From an uncultured Lachnoclostridium sp. (lineage in GTDB: Bacteria; Bacillota; Clostridia; Lachnospirales; Lachnospiraceae), in the NCBI GenBank assembly GCA_947178155.1, contig CAMWXG010000001.1:1248-65247 (forward strand): a stretch of 64,000 bases of DNA. Direction: 5' to 3'. Of the stretch, positions 49,030 to 59,919 are shown in pieces; position 1 is the first letter of the stretch, and each line of letters begins with the position of its first letter. The position numbers and the translations under genes were made by a program. The notes beneath the pieces were generated by a model. That model was not told the origin of the DNA, did not search any database, and saw only the letters and a list, made by a program, of their open reading frames with translations.

Positions 49030-50481
49030 TTATTTAAGATTTTTTAGTATTTCCAGTGTATATTCCCATGTGCGTTGGACGCTTTCTACATCCATAGATT
49101 CTTTTGGAGTATGGATATACTGTATGTCAGGACCATATGAAACACAGTCAAGTCCATCTAGCTTATCTGCGAATATTCCGCATTCCAATCCTGCATGAAG
49201 TGCTTGGATTACAGGTTTTTTGCCATGCTGTTTTTCATAAACTTTTATCATGGTTTCACGAAGAGGTGAGTCCTGCCTATATTCCCAAGCAGGATAATCA
49301 CCTGTATATGTCATAAATCCTCCGACATTTTCTATAAAACATTTTATGCGTTTTAAGAGTTCTTCTTTTTCTGTACTTACACTGCTTCTTAATGAGTAAT
49401 TATAGATAATTTCTGTATCAGTAGTTTTTAATATGCCAAGATTAAGTGAGGTTTGAACAAGTCCTTCGATATCTTTGCTCATTTTTTGTATTCCATTTGG
49501 CATACAATAAAGTACTGAAATGGCTTTTTTTGTTGTATTATTATCCATTGCATTGCAGGTGGTTTTGTTATTCTCTGTAAGTTCGAGCTTTATATCAGCA
49601 TCTGTAAGCTTATACTCATCTGAATATATTTTATTTAGATTTATAATGCTTTTTTTAAGTTCATCTGTATTTGTTGTATCACTGAATACAAGACATGCAG
49701 TTGTTTCCCTTGCAATAGCATTATCTTTAAGTCCGCCCTGGATTGAAATTAAATTAAAATCAAAGTTTTCTGAAAGGTAATAAAGAGTTCTTCCCATAAT
49801 AAGATTAGAATTCGCACGTCCTTTATCTATTTCAACACCTGAATGACCACCAATAAGACCTGTGACTTTAAGTGTAAAGATTTTGCCATTTGTATCAGCA
49901 GTAGTTATTGGAAGATGAGCAGTTGCTGTAGCTCCTCCTGCACAGCTTACAAGCAGATATCCTTCTTCTTCTGAATCAATATTTAACATAATACGTGCTT
50001 TAAGAGGTGAACAATCAAGGGCAGATGCACCAAGCATTCCTATTTCCTCATCTACGGTAAATACGGCTTCAAGTGGAGGATGAGGTATGTCATCAGATGC
50101 AAGTATGGCAAGTGCATATGCTATTGCTATGCCATCATCACCACCAAGAGTTGTTCCTTTTGCTGATATTATGCCATTTTCAAGCTGCAGCCTAAGTCCT
50201 TCTTTTTCAAAATTTATATCACAGTCTGCCTCTTTTTCACATACCATATCAAGATGCCCTTGAAGAATTACAGGGGCAGAATGTTCATATGATGCAGTTC
50301 CATCTTTAAATATTATAATATTATTGTTTTTATCCTGAATGTATCTAAGGTTGTGTTTTAGTGCAAAATCAGCACAGAAATCGCTTATTGCCTTTGTATT
50401 GCCAGAACCATGAGGTATGCTGCAAATATCTTCAAAGTATTTAAATACAGGTGCGGGATTTAAATTTGATAAGATTCCCAT
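49030..50481 (-). CDS. pepD: Aminoacyl-histidine dipeptidase (M20)
   Basis: IPHGS, QGHLDMVCEK, TTLGGDDG, DEEIG, NIDSE, GGHSG, HAGLECG. Confidence 0.93.
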   Translation of the reverse strand: MGILSNLNPAPVFKYFEDICSIPHGSGNTKAISDFCADFALKHNLRYIQDKNNNIIIFKDGTASYEHSAPVILQGHLDMVCEKEADCDINFEKEGLRLQLENGIISAKGTTLGGDDGIAIAYALAILASDDIPHPPLEAVFTVDEEIGMLGASALDCSPLKARIMLNIDSEEEGYLLVSCAGGATATAHLPITTADTNGKIFTLKVTGLIGGHSGVEIDKGRANSNLIMGRTLYYLSENFDFNLISIQGGLKDNAIARETTACLVFSDTTNTDELKKSIINLNKIYSDEYKLTDADIKLELTENNKTTCNAMDNNTTKKAISVLYCMPNGIQKMSKDIEGLVQTSLNLGILKTTDTEIIYNYSLRSSVSTEKEELLKRIKCFIENVGGFMTYTGDYPAWEYRQDSPLRETMIKVYEKQHGKKPVIQALHAGLECGIFADKLDGLDCVSYGPDIQYIHTPKESMDVESVQRTWEYTLEILKNLK

Positions 50482-50606
50482 AAAATAATCCTCCATTCTG
50501 CCATATTTTGTGTTATGTATTTCTTAATGTGTAAGAAATACATAACTTTGGTGGCACAAATAATAATGCTTGGTTTGTATATTATTCATGTTTTTAAATT
50601 TTGTTC

Positions 50607-50987
50607 CTATTCTTGTTGGTGTTTTAGCATGACGAATCCATTGACTTGGAGCGTATGCATAAAATTAATTACCCGGTCAAGCATACGTTCCTCTTCATCT
50701 GGAAATGTGGTTTTCATAATATTTACTATATCATAAACTGTATTATGTCCATCAATGGCTTTCCATAATACAGAACCATACTTGTCAAGTGAAATATGAC
50801 TTACTTTTGGTTTGCCAAAGAATTTCTGGGCAAATCTGTGGTGGGGCCCTTTATTAATTACATCTATAACAGCTATGCCCTCGTCATTTTCTTTCCAGTT
50901 ATATTTTGGGTTGTGCAATATAACAGCATCCATGTAGTTTCGTGGAATTTTTTTAGTGTTCTTTTTATGCAGAAAATTTTTCAACAT
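50607..50987 (-). CDS. PqqD-family (RRE-like) protein
   Basis: ISLDKYGSVLWKAIDGHNTVYDIV...F...L...GFV. Confidence 0.8.
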   Translation of the reverse strand: MLKNFLHKKNTKKIPRNYMDAVILHNPKYNWKENDEGIAVIDVINKGPHHRFAQKFFGKPKVSHISLDKYGSVLWKAIDGHNTVYDIVNIMKTTFPDEEERMLDRVINFMHTLQVNGFVMLKHQQE

Positions 50988-51038
50988 AGAATCTCCATTC
51001 TTTTTTATTTAGAAATTCTGGAGCGTAAACTGTTTAGT

Positions 51039-52940
51039 TTACGCTTTTTTGCTATTTCGTGAAGTGAAAAATACAAGTGAAGCAAGAAGTATAATAAAGA
51101 ATACAACTCCGCCTACATTACCAAGTATTCCTCCTTTATTAAGTGCATCAGCTAAAGTACCATCTTTAAATTGAATTATGGCAAATATGGCAAGCATAAT
51201 ACCTATAAGTCCTTCGCCTGCAATAAGACCAGAGCTGTAGAGTACACCATTTTCAATGATTGACTTGCGTTCTTCTTCATCAGCACATTTCTTTTTATTC
51301 TCAAAGTACCAGCGTATTGTACCTCCTACAAATATAGGTGTAGAAAGGTGTATAGGAAGATACAAACCAATTGCTACAGGAAGTATTGGGAGTCCTAATA
51401 TTTCTATTGCTACTGCAATACCAATTCCGCAGAATACAAGTCCCCAAGGAAGTGAATCACCCATTACACCTTCAACAACAAGTTTCATAAGTGAAGCCTG
51501 TGCAGCAGGAAGTTCTGTAGTACCATATCCCCATGCGGAATTTAAAAGGTACATGATTCCGCCTATTGCAAGACCTGAAACAACTGCGCCTATAAGCTCT
51601 CCAATCTGCTGACGCATAGGTGTTGCACCTACAATATAGCCTGTTTTTAAATCCTGAGAAGTATCTCCTGCCATAGCAGCAACTATACAAATAACAGTAC
51701 CAATACATATAGCAGATGCCATACCTGTATAGCCTGTATTGCCTGTAACTTTAAGTAAAGTTGTTGCAATAAGGAGTGTTGCAATTGCCATACCTGATAC
51801 CGGGTTGTTTGAAGATCCGACAAGACCTACCATACGGCTTGATACAGTGGCGAAGAAAAATCCAAATATTACTATTATAAGTGCACCAATAAGACTGATA
51901 GGCACAACTGGCATAAGCCATATTATAATTGCTATTAAGAGTGCACCTCCAAGTACAACTGGCATTGGAAGATCTCTATTGGTACGAAGAACAGAATCTT
52001 CTTTATGACCAAACCCCTTTATAGCTTTAGAAAATGTCTTTACAATTGTAGGAAGTGTTTTTATAAGGCTTATTATACCACCAGCAGCGACAGCACCTGC
52101 TCCGATATAACGTACATAGCTGCTCCATATTTCGGCTGTAGCCATTTCACTTATAGCTTTTGTAGCAGGGGCAATAGTCATATCTCCACCAAAAAGTGCT
52201 ATAAGTGGCATAAGTACAAACCATGCAAGGATGCCACCTGCAAACATATAGCCTGAAATCTTTATACCACATATATATCCGACACCTGCAAGGGCTGGAA
52301 GTACATCAAGACCAAATCCTGCACCCTTTAGAGGCTTAACAGACCAGTCAACTTCTGAAGGGAATAGACATAAACCGTCAGCAATAAACTTGTAAATAGC
52401 AGAAATTCCAAGACCTGAAAATACAAGCTTTGATTTTTCACCTCCACTTTCTCCAGCAAGAAGAACTTCTGCACATGCAGTACCTTCTGGAAATGGAAGT
52501 ACCCCATGTTCTTCAACTATAAGAGCAGTACGAAGTGGAACCATAAAAAGTACCCCAAGTAAGCCACCGCATATTGCGATAACAGCAATTTCAATAAAGT
52601 TAGGTACTGCAACAGAACTATTTTCATCTGCCCACATAAAAAGTGCAGGAAGTGTAAATATCGCACCTGCTGCAAGTGATTCACCAGCGGAGCCTATAGT
52701 TTGTACCATGTTATTTTCAAGTATAGAATCTTTTCTTAGAATTTTGCGTATAATACCCATAGAAATAACTGCTGCCGGTATTGAAGCAGATACAGTCATT
52801 CCAACACGCAGCCCAAGGTAGGCATTAGCACCTCCAAATACTACGGCAAGAATAATGCCAAGAATTATTGATGTAACTGTAAATTCAGGCATAACTTTGT
52901 CTGCTGGAACAAATGGTTTAAAATTTTTATTCTGATTCAT
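51039..52940 (-). CDS. Oligopeptide transporter, OPT family
   Basis: ANAYLGLRVG, ENNMVQT, PEGTAC, SSNNPVSG, QDLKTG, SGLIAGE. Confidence 0.93.
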   Translation of the reverse strand: MNQNKNFKPFVPADKVMPEFTVTSIILGIILAVVFGGANAYLGLRVGMTVSASIPAAVISMGIIRKILRKDSILENNMVQTIGSAGESLAAGAIFTLPALFMWADENSSVAVPNFIEIAVIAICGGLLGVLFMVPLRTALIVEEHGVLPFPEGTACAEVLLAGESGGEKSKLVFSGLGISAIYKFIADGLCLFPSEVDWSVKPLKGAGFGLDVLPALAGVGYICGIKISGYMFAGGILAWFVLMPLIALFGGDMTIAPATKAISEMATAEIWSSYVRYIGAGAVAAGGIISLIKTLPTIVKTFSKAIKGFGHKEDSVLRTNRDLPMPVVLGGALLIAIIIWLMPVVPISLIGALIIVIFGFFFATVSSRMVGLVGSSNNPVSGMAIATLLIATTLLKVTGNTGYTGMASAICIGTVICIVAAMAGDTSQDLKTGYIVGATPMRQQIGELIGAVVSGLAIGGIMYLLNSAWGYGTTELPAAQASLMKLVVEGVMGDSLPWGLVFCGIGIAVAIEILGLPILPVAIGLYLPIHLSTPIFVGGTIRWYFENKKKCADEEERKSIIENGVLYSSGLIAGEGLIGIMLAIFAIIQFKDGTLADALNKGGILGNVGGVVFFIILLASLVFFTSRNSKKA

Positions 52941-53191
52941 TTATTATCCTCATTTCTGTGCTGTATATTATTATCATGCGTATATGCCATCAGCACAATG
53001 ACACATATAAACTAAAATATTATATCATAAAATTAAATAATAAGGCAATTGTAAGTTTTTCCTAAAAAATTTAATATATTTACAGCAAAATGCCGATTTT
53101 ATAGAATATATGTAATAATACTTGAAATATTAGTTGTAAATGAATAATATGTAATGGTAAATTTTAAAATAAATTCAAGGAGGTAACTTAA

Positions 53192-53854
53192 ATGAAAGAA
53201 AATTGTAGTTGTTGTGAAGAAGTAGTTTTAGACTGGCGGCAGCCAGCCAATATAGTGAAGTATTTTACAGCATTATTTAAAAACCCAGTCGAAATGATGA
53301 GTAGATTTGCATTATCTGGTGATATGGCGTCATCTATTGCACTTATTATTATGAATATTATAGCCGTATTTATATCAGGTATAATGCTGGCAATTTCGTT
53401 TAGACTAAGGTATGGAATGTATATGTCATGGTTACATATCTCCGGTATAGGGATTATTGCTGTTATGGTTCTATTATCTGTGGTATTTGATTTTGGACTT
53501 GCAGGTATATTGTTTTTAAGTACAGGAACTATATTTAAGGAAGAGACAACATTTTCAAAAATGCTTGCACTTACAGCCAGTAAGGTTGCAATGGATTCAG
53601 TGTTTATTTTTTTAGGCGGAGTTCTTTCTGTTATCAGTACATTCTTTTTTATATTGCTAATAGTTGCAGGCAATATTTTATCTTTTGCAGTTCTCATATT
53701 ATCATATGGCGAAATCACAGATATTTCATATCCCAAAAAGTTATATAGTATAGCAGGCTCAGTATCAGTTATTATGATAATAATGGTAATATCATGGAGA
53801 ATTATTTATGGCATTATAATAGGTTTGTTATCAATGGGATATAATGGGTTATAA
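53192..53854 (+). CDS. Integral membrane protein, 5 TM, Yip1-like
   Basis: RBS AGGAGG; LFKNP followed by five hydrophobic segments. Confidence 0.7.
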   Translation: MKENCSCCEEVVLDWRQPANIVKYFTALFKNPVEMMSRFALSGDMASSIALIIMNIIAVFISGIMLAISFRLRYGMYMSWLHISGIGIIAVMVLLSVVFDFGLAGILFLSTGTIFKEETTFSKMLALTASKVAMDSVFIFLGGVLSVISTFFFILLIVAGNILSFAVLILSYGEITDISYPKKLYSIAGSVSVIMIIMVISWRIIYGIIIGLLSMGYNGL

Positions 53855-53909
53855 ATTTAAAGCTGTTTGTTGCTATAAGCATAGCAGGAATCAATAGTAA
53901 TATAATGAG

Positions 53910-53948
53910 AGTCCGCCTTATGAAAGTAACGGCGGACTTTCTGTCTTT
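53910..53948 (+). terminator. Terminator
   Basis: agtccgcc...ggcggactttctgtcttt. Confidence 0.65.
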
Positions 53949-54035
53949 ACATACATAAATACGAAACTCTTGTGCAAAATTAGACTATAATGTAAAATAG
54001 ACTTAGCAGTATTTTATTGTAACATGGAGGCTGAC

Positions 54036-55055
54036 ATGAAGATATTGGTAATTTTTACAGGCGGTACAATAGGAAGTACAAATGATAATGGTTTTATAGC
54101 ACCTGCTTCAGATAAAATATATAAGCTTATTGATATGTATAATAAACGGGTTTTTAATACAGCCATGCAGGATAAGGTGGTTTTTGAAGTCATAAGCCCT
54201 TATAATATGCTTAGTGAGAATATGACATGCAGTGATTTAAGAAAACTTGCAGGGTGTGTAAAAGAGATTGACAGCAGTGCATATGATGGCATTATACTGA
54301 CGCATGGAACAGATACACTACAGTTTACAGCAGCATTTATATCATATATAATAGGTAATTATACAATACCTGTTGTTTTTGTTTCTTCCAATTATGTGTT
54401 GGAAGATTTACGGTCAAATGGTTTAGACAATTTTTATTATGCAGTAAAATTTATATGTGAGAGCCGGACAAGAGGTGTATTTGTTTCTTATCGTAATAGT
54501 GGTGATTTGCCTAAGATACATATGGCAGCACGACTTATTGAATATAAGTCTTATGACGATAGTTTATACAGTGTTTGTGATGAGTATTATGCATATTTTA
54601 AGGAAGATAAACTAGTATACAAAGATACACAAAAAGACCATATGATTGCAGATGATGAAAATTATGAGTTTAATTTGCCAGATGGTGATTGGTATTCTGG
54701 GGTATTAAGGATAGAGCCATATGTGGGGATGAAGTATCCAGAGCTTTCAGAAGAGATAAGGGCGGTTCTTCACAGCACATACCATTCAGGTACTATATGT
54801 GCAAAATCACCAGATTTAAAAGAATTTGCACATATAGCAGCGAAAAAGAATATACCTGTATTTATTACAGGGGCAGGGATTGGTATTCCATATGAGAGTG
54901 AAAAATGTTATAAAGAGCTTGGGTTTAACATACTGCCTGCAGCATCTCCTATAGCTATGTATGTTAAGCTCTGGCTTTGTGTTATTAATGGATTTGACAA
55001 TGATAAGATTGTTGATATTATGAAAAGAAAACTGGTGTATGACATTTTAAATTGA
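54036..55055 (+). CDS. Asparaginase/glutaminase family protein
   Basis: FTGGTIG and HGTDTL catalytic motifs. Confidence 0.88.
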   Translation: MKILVIFTGGTIGSTNDNGFIAPASDKIYKLIDMYNKRVFNTAMQDKVVFEVISPYNMLSENMTCSDLRKLAGCVKEIDSSAYDGIILTHGTDTLQFTAAFISYIIGNYTIPVVFVSSNYVLEDLRSNGLDNFYYAVKFICESRTRGVFVSYRNSGDLPKIHMAARLIEYKSYDDSLYSVCDEYYAYFKEDKLVYKDTQKDHMIADDENYEFNLPDGDWYSGVLRIEPYVGMKYPELSEEIRAVLHSTYHSGTICAKSPDLKEFAHIAAKKNIPVFITGAGIGIPYESEKCYKELGFNILPAASPIAMYVKLWLCVINGFDNDKIVDIMKRKLVYDILN

Positions 55056-55114
55056 AATGAGCATTTGTAAAAGATGTATAATGTGCAAAAGATATGCGCA
55101 GAATGGAGGAAATT

Positions 55115-55741
55115 ATGGAAGAAAGACAGCATGTAAAAGGATGGAAAAAGCAGACTAACAATAAATTTTTAAATATGTATGAGGCAGAAGCAATAGATTC
55201 TAATGGAAATGATTTTTCATATTACTTTGCTACACGCAGGCAGGAAGGGGAGCTGATGTGCCAGACGGGCAGACTTTGGGCAGAGGGAGCAGTATTTTAT
55301 GCACTTCTTAAAGAAGATACATCAAAGATTGTGCTCGTAAGACAGTACAGATATCCGGTTAATGACTATGTGTATGAGCTTCCGGCAGGACTTATAGATG
55401 CGGGAGAAACAGCATGGGAGGCAGCAGTCAGGGAGATAAAGGAAGAGACAGGAATGTTTTTTGAGCCATATACAGATTATCCTGATAGTTTAAAAAGACC
55501 ATTTATACAAAGTCAGGGAATGGCAGATGAATGTGATATTACTGTCTATGGTTATGCGTCTGGGATACCATCAACAAAAGGGCTTGAGGTAACAGAGGAC
55601 ATACGGGTTATTATAGCTGATAAAGATGAGGTGAGGAGAATACTTAGAGAAGAGCTTGTGACAATAAGAGCAGAATATCTTTTAATGCACTTTTTAAAGA
55701 GTAATCCTGATAATCCTTTTGATTTTTTAAATATAGAATAA
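55115..55741 (+). CDS. NUDIX hydrolase (ADP-ribose pyrophosphatase-like)
   Basis: [17 protein letters not shown]...[11 protein letters not shown]. Confidence 0.9.
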   Translation: MEERQHVKGWKKQTNNKFLNMYEAEAIDSNGNDFSYYFATRRQEGELMCQTGRLWAEGAVFYALLKEDTSKIVLVRQYRYPVNDYVYELPAGLIDAGETAWEAAVREIKEETGMFFEPYTDYPDSLKRPFIQSQGMADECDITVYGYASGIPSTKGLEVTEDIRVIIADKDEVRRILREELVTIRAEYLLMHFLKSNPDNPFDFLNIE

Positions 55742-55783
55742 TAATAAAGGAAAATAACAGCAAATAAAGGAATAGGTGTTAGT

Positions 55784-57838
55784 ATGAAGGCAATATATAA
55801 AAAGGCAGCAGCTTATTTTCTTATTATGGCTGTACTTATCAGTTCTGCCGGCTGCAGCAAAAAGGTAAAAAAAGAGCCTAAGCCAGAACCAAAGGCAACA
55901 GCAGTAGTTGACAATGGAAATACAGATGCCAAAGGCAAAGGGGGAGGTCAATCTGATGTTCCTCTTGTAATAGGCTGTGATAAGATTAAGAAAAAATTTA
56001 ATCCATTTGTTATGAAAAATGGCGCAGATAAGCAGGCAGTTGATTTAACGCAGATATATTTATTGGAAAATGACCGCAATGGAGAGATAATTTATCATGG
56101 CATAGATGGAGAAGTAAAAGATTATGACGGGAATTCATATACTTATTATGGACCTGCTGATGTAGATGTAAGCTTTAATGATGATAAGAATGAGACACTA
56201 TACACAATTACTCTTCGTGATGATTTGCTGTTTAATGATGGAGAGCCTGTTAATATTGATGATGTGATATTTACAATGTATGTATTATGTGACAAAAACT
56301 ATAAGGGAGATTTCAAGCTTGGTTTGCAAAATATAAAAGGACTTTCAAAATATAGAAAGGGTAAAGCCAAAAAGATTGCAGGTATACGGCGTATTGGTGA
56401 TTATAAGATGACAGTGACTACAGCAGGGTATGATAAAAATATGATATATGCCTTGCAGATACCTATTTGTCCTCTTCATTACTATGGTGATATCAACAAG
56501 TACAATCCAAAGAAGAATAAATTTGGATTTAAACGAGGTGATATCTCATCAGTGTGTGCCAATAAGTCCTCACCTGTAGGTGCAGGAGCTTATAGATTTG
56601 TAAAATATGAGAATGGTATAATATATTATGCTTCTAATGAAATATATTATAAAGGATGTCCTAAAATTGCATATGTACAAATAAAAGAAATGACAAGTAT
56701 TCTTAAAGCAGCATCAAATAAGATTGAAAAAGCCATTGAAACGGAGCAGTCAGAAGAAGGTATAGAAGAGCAGCGGGATATTAAAGGGGAATATACACCT
56801 GTACCAGAAGGCACATTAAATCATAATGCTGAGGCTATGGAGATGTCAGAAGGGACTATGGACATTATTAATGCTGATTTAACATCAGAGGATTTATTTT
56901 GGGTATCACAGGTTAATTCAAATGGCGAAATATCAGGAAATAAAATAGATACACAATTTATTTCAGATGGAAGTTATCAGTATTTAGGAATTAATGCTTC
57001 TAATGTGAAAGTTGGCAATAATCCTATAAGCAGACAATCAAAGAATTTAAGAAGAGCATTTGCTACGGCAGCAAGTGCTTTTAAATCAGATCTATACGAA
57101 TCTTATAAAGAAGGTACAGAGATAATTGAATATCCTTATTTGTCATCATTGTGGTTTATGCCAAAAACTGGTGACGAAGGATATAGTAAGGCATATGTAA
57201 CTGATATAGATGGAAATGAACTTTATGATGAAGATACTGATCCGGAAAGGAAGTATGAGCGGGTAAAAGAAGCGGTTCTTGGATATCTTAAGGCAGCAGG
57301 GTATACGATAAGCAGTGATGACAAAGTTATGACAGCACCAAGAGGAGCGCATATGTCATATTCTATTATGATTGCAGGTGGTGCAAAAAATCCATTGTAC
57401 CAGCTTGTCAATGATATATCAGTGCTATTTGAAGAGATAGGCATGAGACTTAATATTCTGCCTGTAAGCAGTGAAAGATTGCTTAAAAATAGGCTTTCAA
57501 AAGGGGAACAGCAGCTTTGGATAGGAAGCTGTGATATTAAGGATGATTATTGGATTGCAGGCAAATATACAGATAATAACAGCATATTTGGAATGCATGA
57601 TAATATGCTTACAAAACTTGAACAAAAAGCAGATACATCAGTAACAAATAAAAAACTTAAGAAGCTTTATGGACAATTTTTTGAGAGAGTACGCAATATA
57701 GCTGTTGAGGTTCCTGTTAATGAGTTTAAGACTGCGATAATGTATAGTTCTGCGCGAATAGATATGGATACTATGACAAGAGACGTTACATTATTTTATA
57801 ACTGGTCAAATGAGATAGAGAATATAGAGATGAAATAG
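55784..57838 (+). CDS. ABC substrate-binding lipoprotein, family 5 (OppA-like)
   Basis: Lipobox SAGC; LRDDLLFNDGEPVNIDDVIFT; PVGAGAY. Confidence 0.85.
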   Translation: MKAIYKKAAAYFLIMAVLISSAGCSKKVKKEPKPEPKATAVVDNGNTDAKGKGGGQSDVPLVIGCDKIKKKFNPFVMKNGADKQAVDLTQIYLLENDRNGEIIYHGIDGEVKDYDGNSYTYYGPADVDVSFNDDKNETLYTITLRDDLLFNDGEPVNIDDVIFTMYVLCDKNYKGDFKLGLQNIKGLSKYRKGKAKKIAGIRRIGDYKMTVTTAGYDKNMIYALQIPICPLHYYGDINKYNPKKNKFGFKRGDISSVCANKSSPVGAGAYRFVKYENGIIYYASNEIYYKGCPKIAYVQIKEMTSILKAASNKIEKAIETEQSEEGIEEQRDIKGEYTPVPEGTLNHNAEAMEMSEGTMDIINADLTSEDLFWVSQVNSNGEISGNKIDTQFISDGSYQYLGINASNVKVGNNPISRQSKNLRRAFATAASAFKSDLYESYKEGTEIIEYPYLSSLWFMPKTGDEGYSKAYVTDIDGNELYDEDTDPERKYERVKEAVLGYLKAAGYTISSDDKVMTAPRGAHMSYSIMIAGGAKNPLYQLVNDISVLFEEIGMRLNILPVSSERLLKNRLSKGEQQLWIGSCDIKDDYWIAGKYTDNNSIFGMHDNMLTKLEQKADTSVTNKKLKKLYGQFFERVRNIAVEVPVNEFKTAIMYSSARIDMDTMTRDVTLFYNWSNEIENIEMK

Positions 57839-57848
57839 AAAAGGCGAA

Positions 57849-57894
57849 AAGAATTCTTATGATATATTATGCAAATATATCATAAGAATTCTTT
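57849..57894. terminator. Bidirectional terminator
   Basis: aagaattcttatgatatat...atatatcataagaattctt. Confidence 0.75.
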
Positions 57895-57913
57895 AAGTCA
57901 TAGTTTGTATTTA

Positions 57914-58678
57914 TTATATTAAAAATGTGTATATCATATAGTAATGACACATACTTCCGCCTAATACAAAAAGATGGAATATTTCATGTGAACCGAAATT
58001 TTTATGGATTTCATTAAATAATGGTAGTTTCAATGCATATATAATTCCTCCAATGGTATATATAACACCACCTGCAAAAAGCCAGCCAAATGCAGTTAGT
58101 GATATTGCAGTAAAGAGTGGTTTAAATGCAAATATGCAGAGCCAGCCCATTATAATGTATATTGTTGAATTAAGCCATTTAGGAGAGTTAATCCAAAATA
58201 CTGTAAGTATAAGACCACAGATTGTCAGCAGCCAGATAAGCATAAGAAGTGGTATACCTGATGCTTTAGGCAGAGCAAGAATACATATAGGGGTATATGT
58301 TCCTGCTATTAAAAAATATATCATTATATGGTCAAATTTTTGTAGTATACATGTTACTTTTTCAGAAGCATAGATGGAGTGATATAACGTACTTGCAAGG
58401 TACAAAAGCAGCATGCTTAGTATAAATACACCTGATGCAAAAGGAGCAAGAGATATATTATTGTTTACTGCTTTTGATATGAGAGGGAATATACCTGCTG
58501 CTGATAATATTACACCTATAAGATGTGTAATTGCACTGCCAGGTTCCTTAAAGAATCTATTATGGATGATGTTGTTGTCAACTGATGTGATATTTGCTTT
58601 AATTTGACTTGCATCTGAGTATTCAAATGCAATGTGTGGGTTTTTTGAGTTTTCTTTTTGTTTTGAAATAGCCTGCAT
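57914..58678 (-). CDS. Hemolysin III / PAQR-family membrane protein
   Basis: EPGSAITH, ASTLYH, DHIMIYFLIAGTYTP, HEIFHLFV. Confidence 0.92.
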   Translation of the reverse strand: MQAISKQKENSKNPHIAFEYSDASQIKANITSVDNNIIHNRFFKEPGSAITHLIGVILSAAGIFPLISKAVNNNISLAPFASGVFILSMLLLYLASTLYHSIYASEKVTCILQKFDHIMIYFLIAGTYTPICILALPKASGIPLLMLIWLLTICGLILTVFWINSPKWLNSTIYIIMGWLCIFAFKPLFTAISLTAFGWLFAGGVIYTIGGIIYALKLPLFNEIHKNFGSHEIFHLFVLGGSMCHYYMIYTFLI

Positions 58679-58957
58679 ATTAAGACCTCCTTTGTTTCAA
58701 TGCTTTTTAAATGTTGTTATATAGATAATATGATTTGCGGTTTTACTGATTTTATTACTTCAATTTGTTTTTATTATAGTAGGATAAAGAGCAAGATAAA
58801 ATGTTATGTAGTTTTAAAAACCATGTCATATATACTATAATACACTATAACTATGTCAGAATCAAGTAAAATATGCCATAAAGCGGGATTTGTGTTTGTG
58901 TGCACTTGACACAAATTCGCTATATACAAAAAATGTGCGCAGAAATGAGGATTTTTT

Positions 58958-59152
58958 ATGGATTTTAAAGTTGGAGATATTATAAAAATGAAGAAAAACC
59001 ATCCCTGTGGTTCTAATGAGTGGGAGCTTACAAGGGTAGGAATGGATATCAGGCTTAAATGCATCGGGTGCGGGCATCAGGTTATGCTTCCCAGAAAGCA
59101 GGTTGAGAAGGGATTTAGAGGGTTTATAAAGAAAGAGGAAAAGGAAATTTAA
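58958..59152 (+). CDS. DUF951 (YyzM-like) protein
   Basis: GDIIKMKKNHPCGSNEW...RVGMDIRLKCIGCGH. Confidence 0.9.
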   Translation: MDFKVGDIIKMKKNHPCGSNEWELTRVGMDIRLKCIGCGHQVMLPRKQVEKGFRGFIKKEEKEI

Positions 59153-59236
59153 AAGTATATTTATATGGCAAGTCTCAAATTTGTTTCCAAAGGGCAACTA
59201 TTTGAGACCGCAATACATAAATTTGTAAGATTTATT

Positions 59237-59557
59237 TTAAAACATGTTCATATGCTTTTGCCAGTTGTTGTATCCGCCGCCAAGACTTATGACATTATAA
59301 CCATGTCGTGCAAGGTCTCTTGCTGTTAGCAGACTTATATTGCCTCTGTCACAATACAAAATAATCCATTCAATATTGGAATTGTATTCATCAAGCATAT
59401 ATTTAATATTGGTGTCAAGCTTCTCCCAATCTGCCCAAACTGCACCGGGTATATGGCCATTTTGAAAATCTTCTTTATCTCGTAAATCTATTAAAAGACA
59501 GTTATAATGTAAAAGATAAGTTTCAAGATCTTCGGGTGATATTAACTTAAGCTTCAT
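59237..59557 (-). CDS. Rhodanese-like domain protein
   Basis: IDLR...GHIPGA, YCDRGNIS, LGGGY. Confidence 0.88.
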   Translation of the reverse strand: MKLKLISPEDLETYLLHYNCLLIDLRDKEDFQNGHIPGAVWADWEKLDTNIKYMLDEYNSNIEWIILYCDRGNISLLTARDLARHGYNVISLGGGYNNWQKHMNMF

Positions 59558-59631
59558 ATGCTTTCTCCAAAAAATATTTTTATTATATTTTATGCTGTGT
59601 GTTATATCATTGACAATTCTATGATATAAAG

Positions 59632-59660
59632 AAAAAGGAGACAGCATATATGCTGTCCCC
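59632..59660 (-). terminator. Terminator after the Ser/Asn-rich gene
   Basis: Minus strand ggggacagcata-tatgctgtctcc-ttttt. Confidence 0.75.
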
Positions 59661-59700
59661 TAGGACTGAAAAATATTATAATATTTTTGATGTTCTTAGA

Positions 59701-59919
59701 TTAGTGAGAGCAGTTACCTGTTTTATTCTGATTAGAAGAGTTGCTGCTGTTTGTTGCATTGCTGCTGTTAGAAGAATTACTGCTGTTTGAAGCATTGCTG
59801 CTATTTGTTGTATTGCTGCTGTTAGAAGAGTTTGAGCTCTTATTTGAGCTTTTGTTTGAAGTGTTGCTTGTGTTACTTTCATTTGAAAGATTGTTTAAAT
59901 AATTTGAATTTTTAGACAT
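59701..59919 (-). CDS. Small Ser/Asn-rich low-complexity protein (72 aa)
   Basis: RBS AGAGGT, its own terminator, NSS tripeptide repeats. Confidence 0.7.
   Translation of the reverse strand: MSKNSNYLNNLSNESNTSNTSNKSSNKSSNSSNSSNTTNSSNASNSSNSSNSSNATNSSNSSNQNKTGNCSH

Noticed and set aside
57914-58678. Hemolysin as a virulence toxin
   Set aside because: HlyIII/PAQR proteins are ubiquitous membrane-homeostasis proteins; the name is historical.
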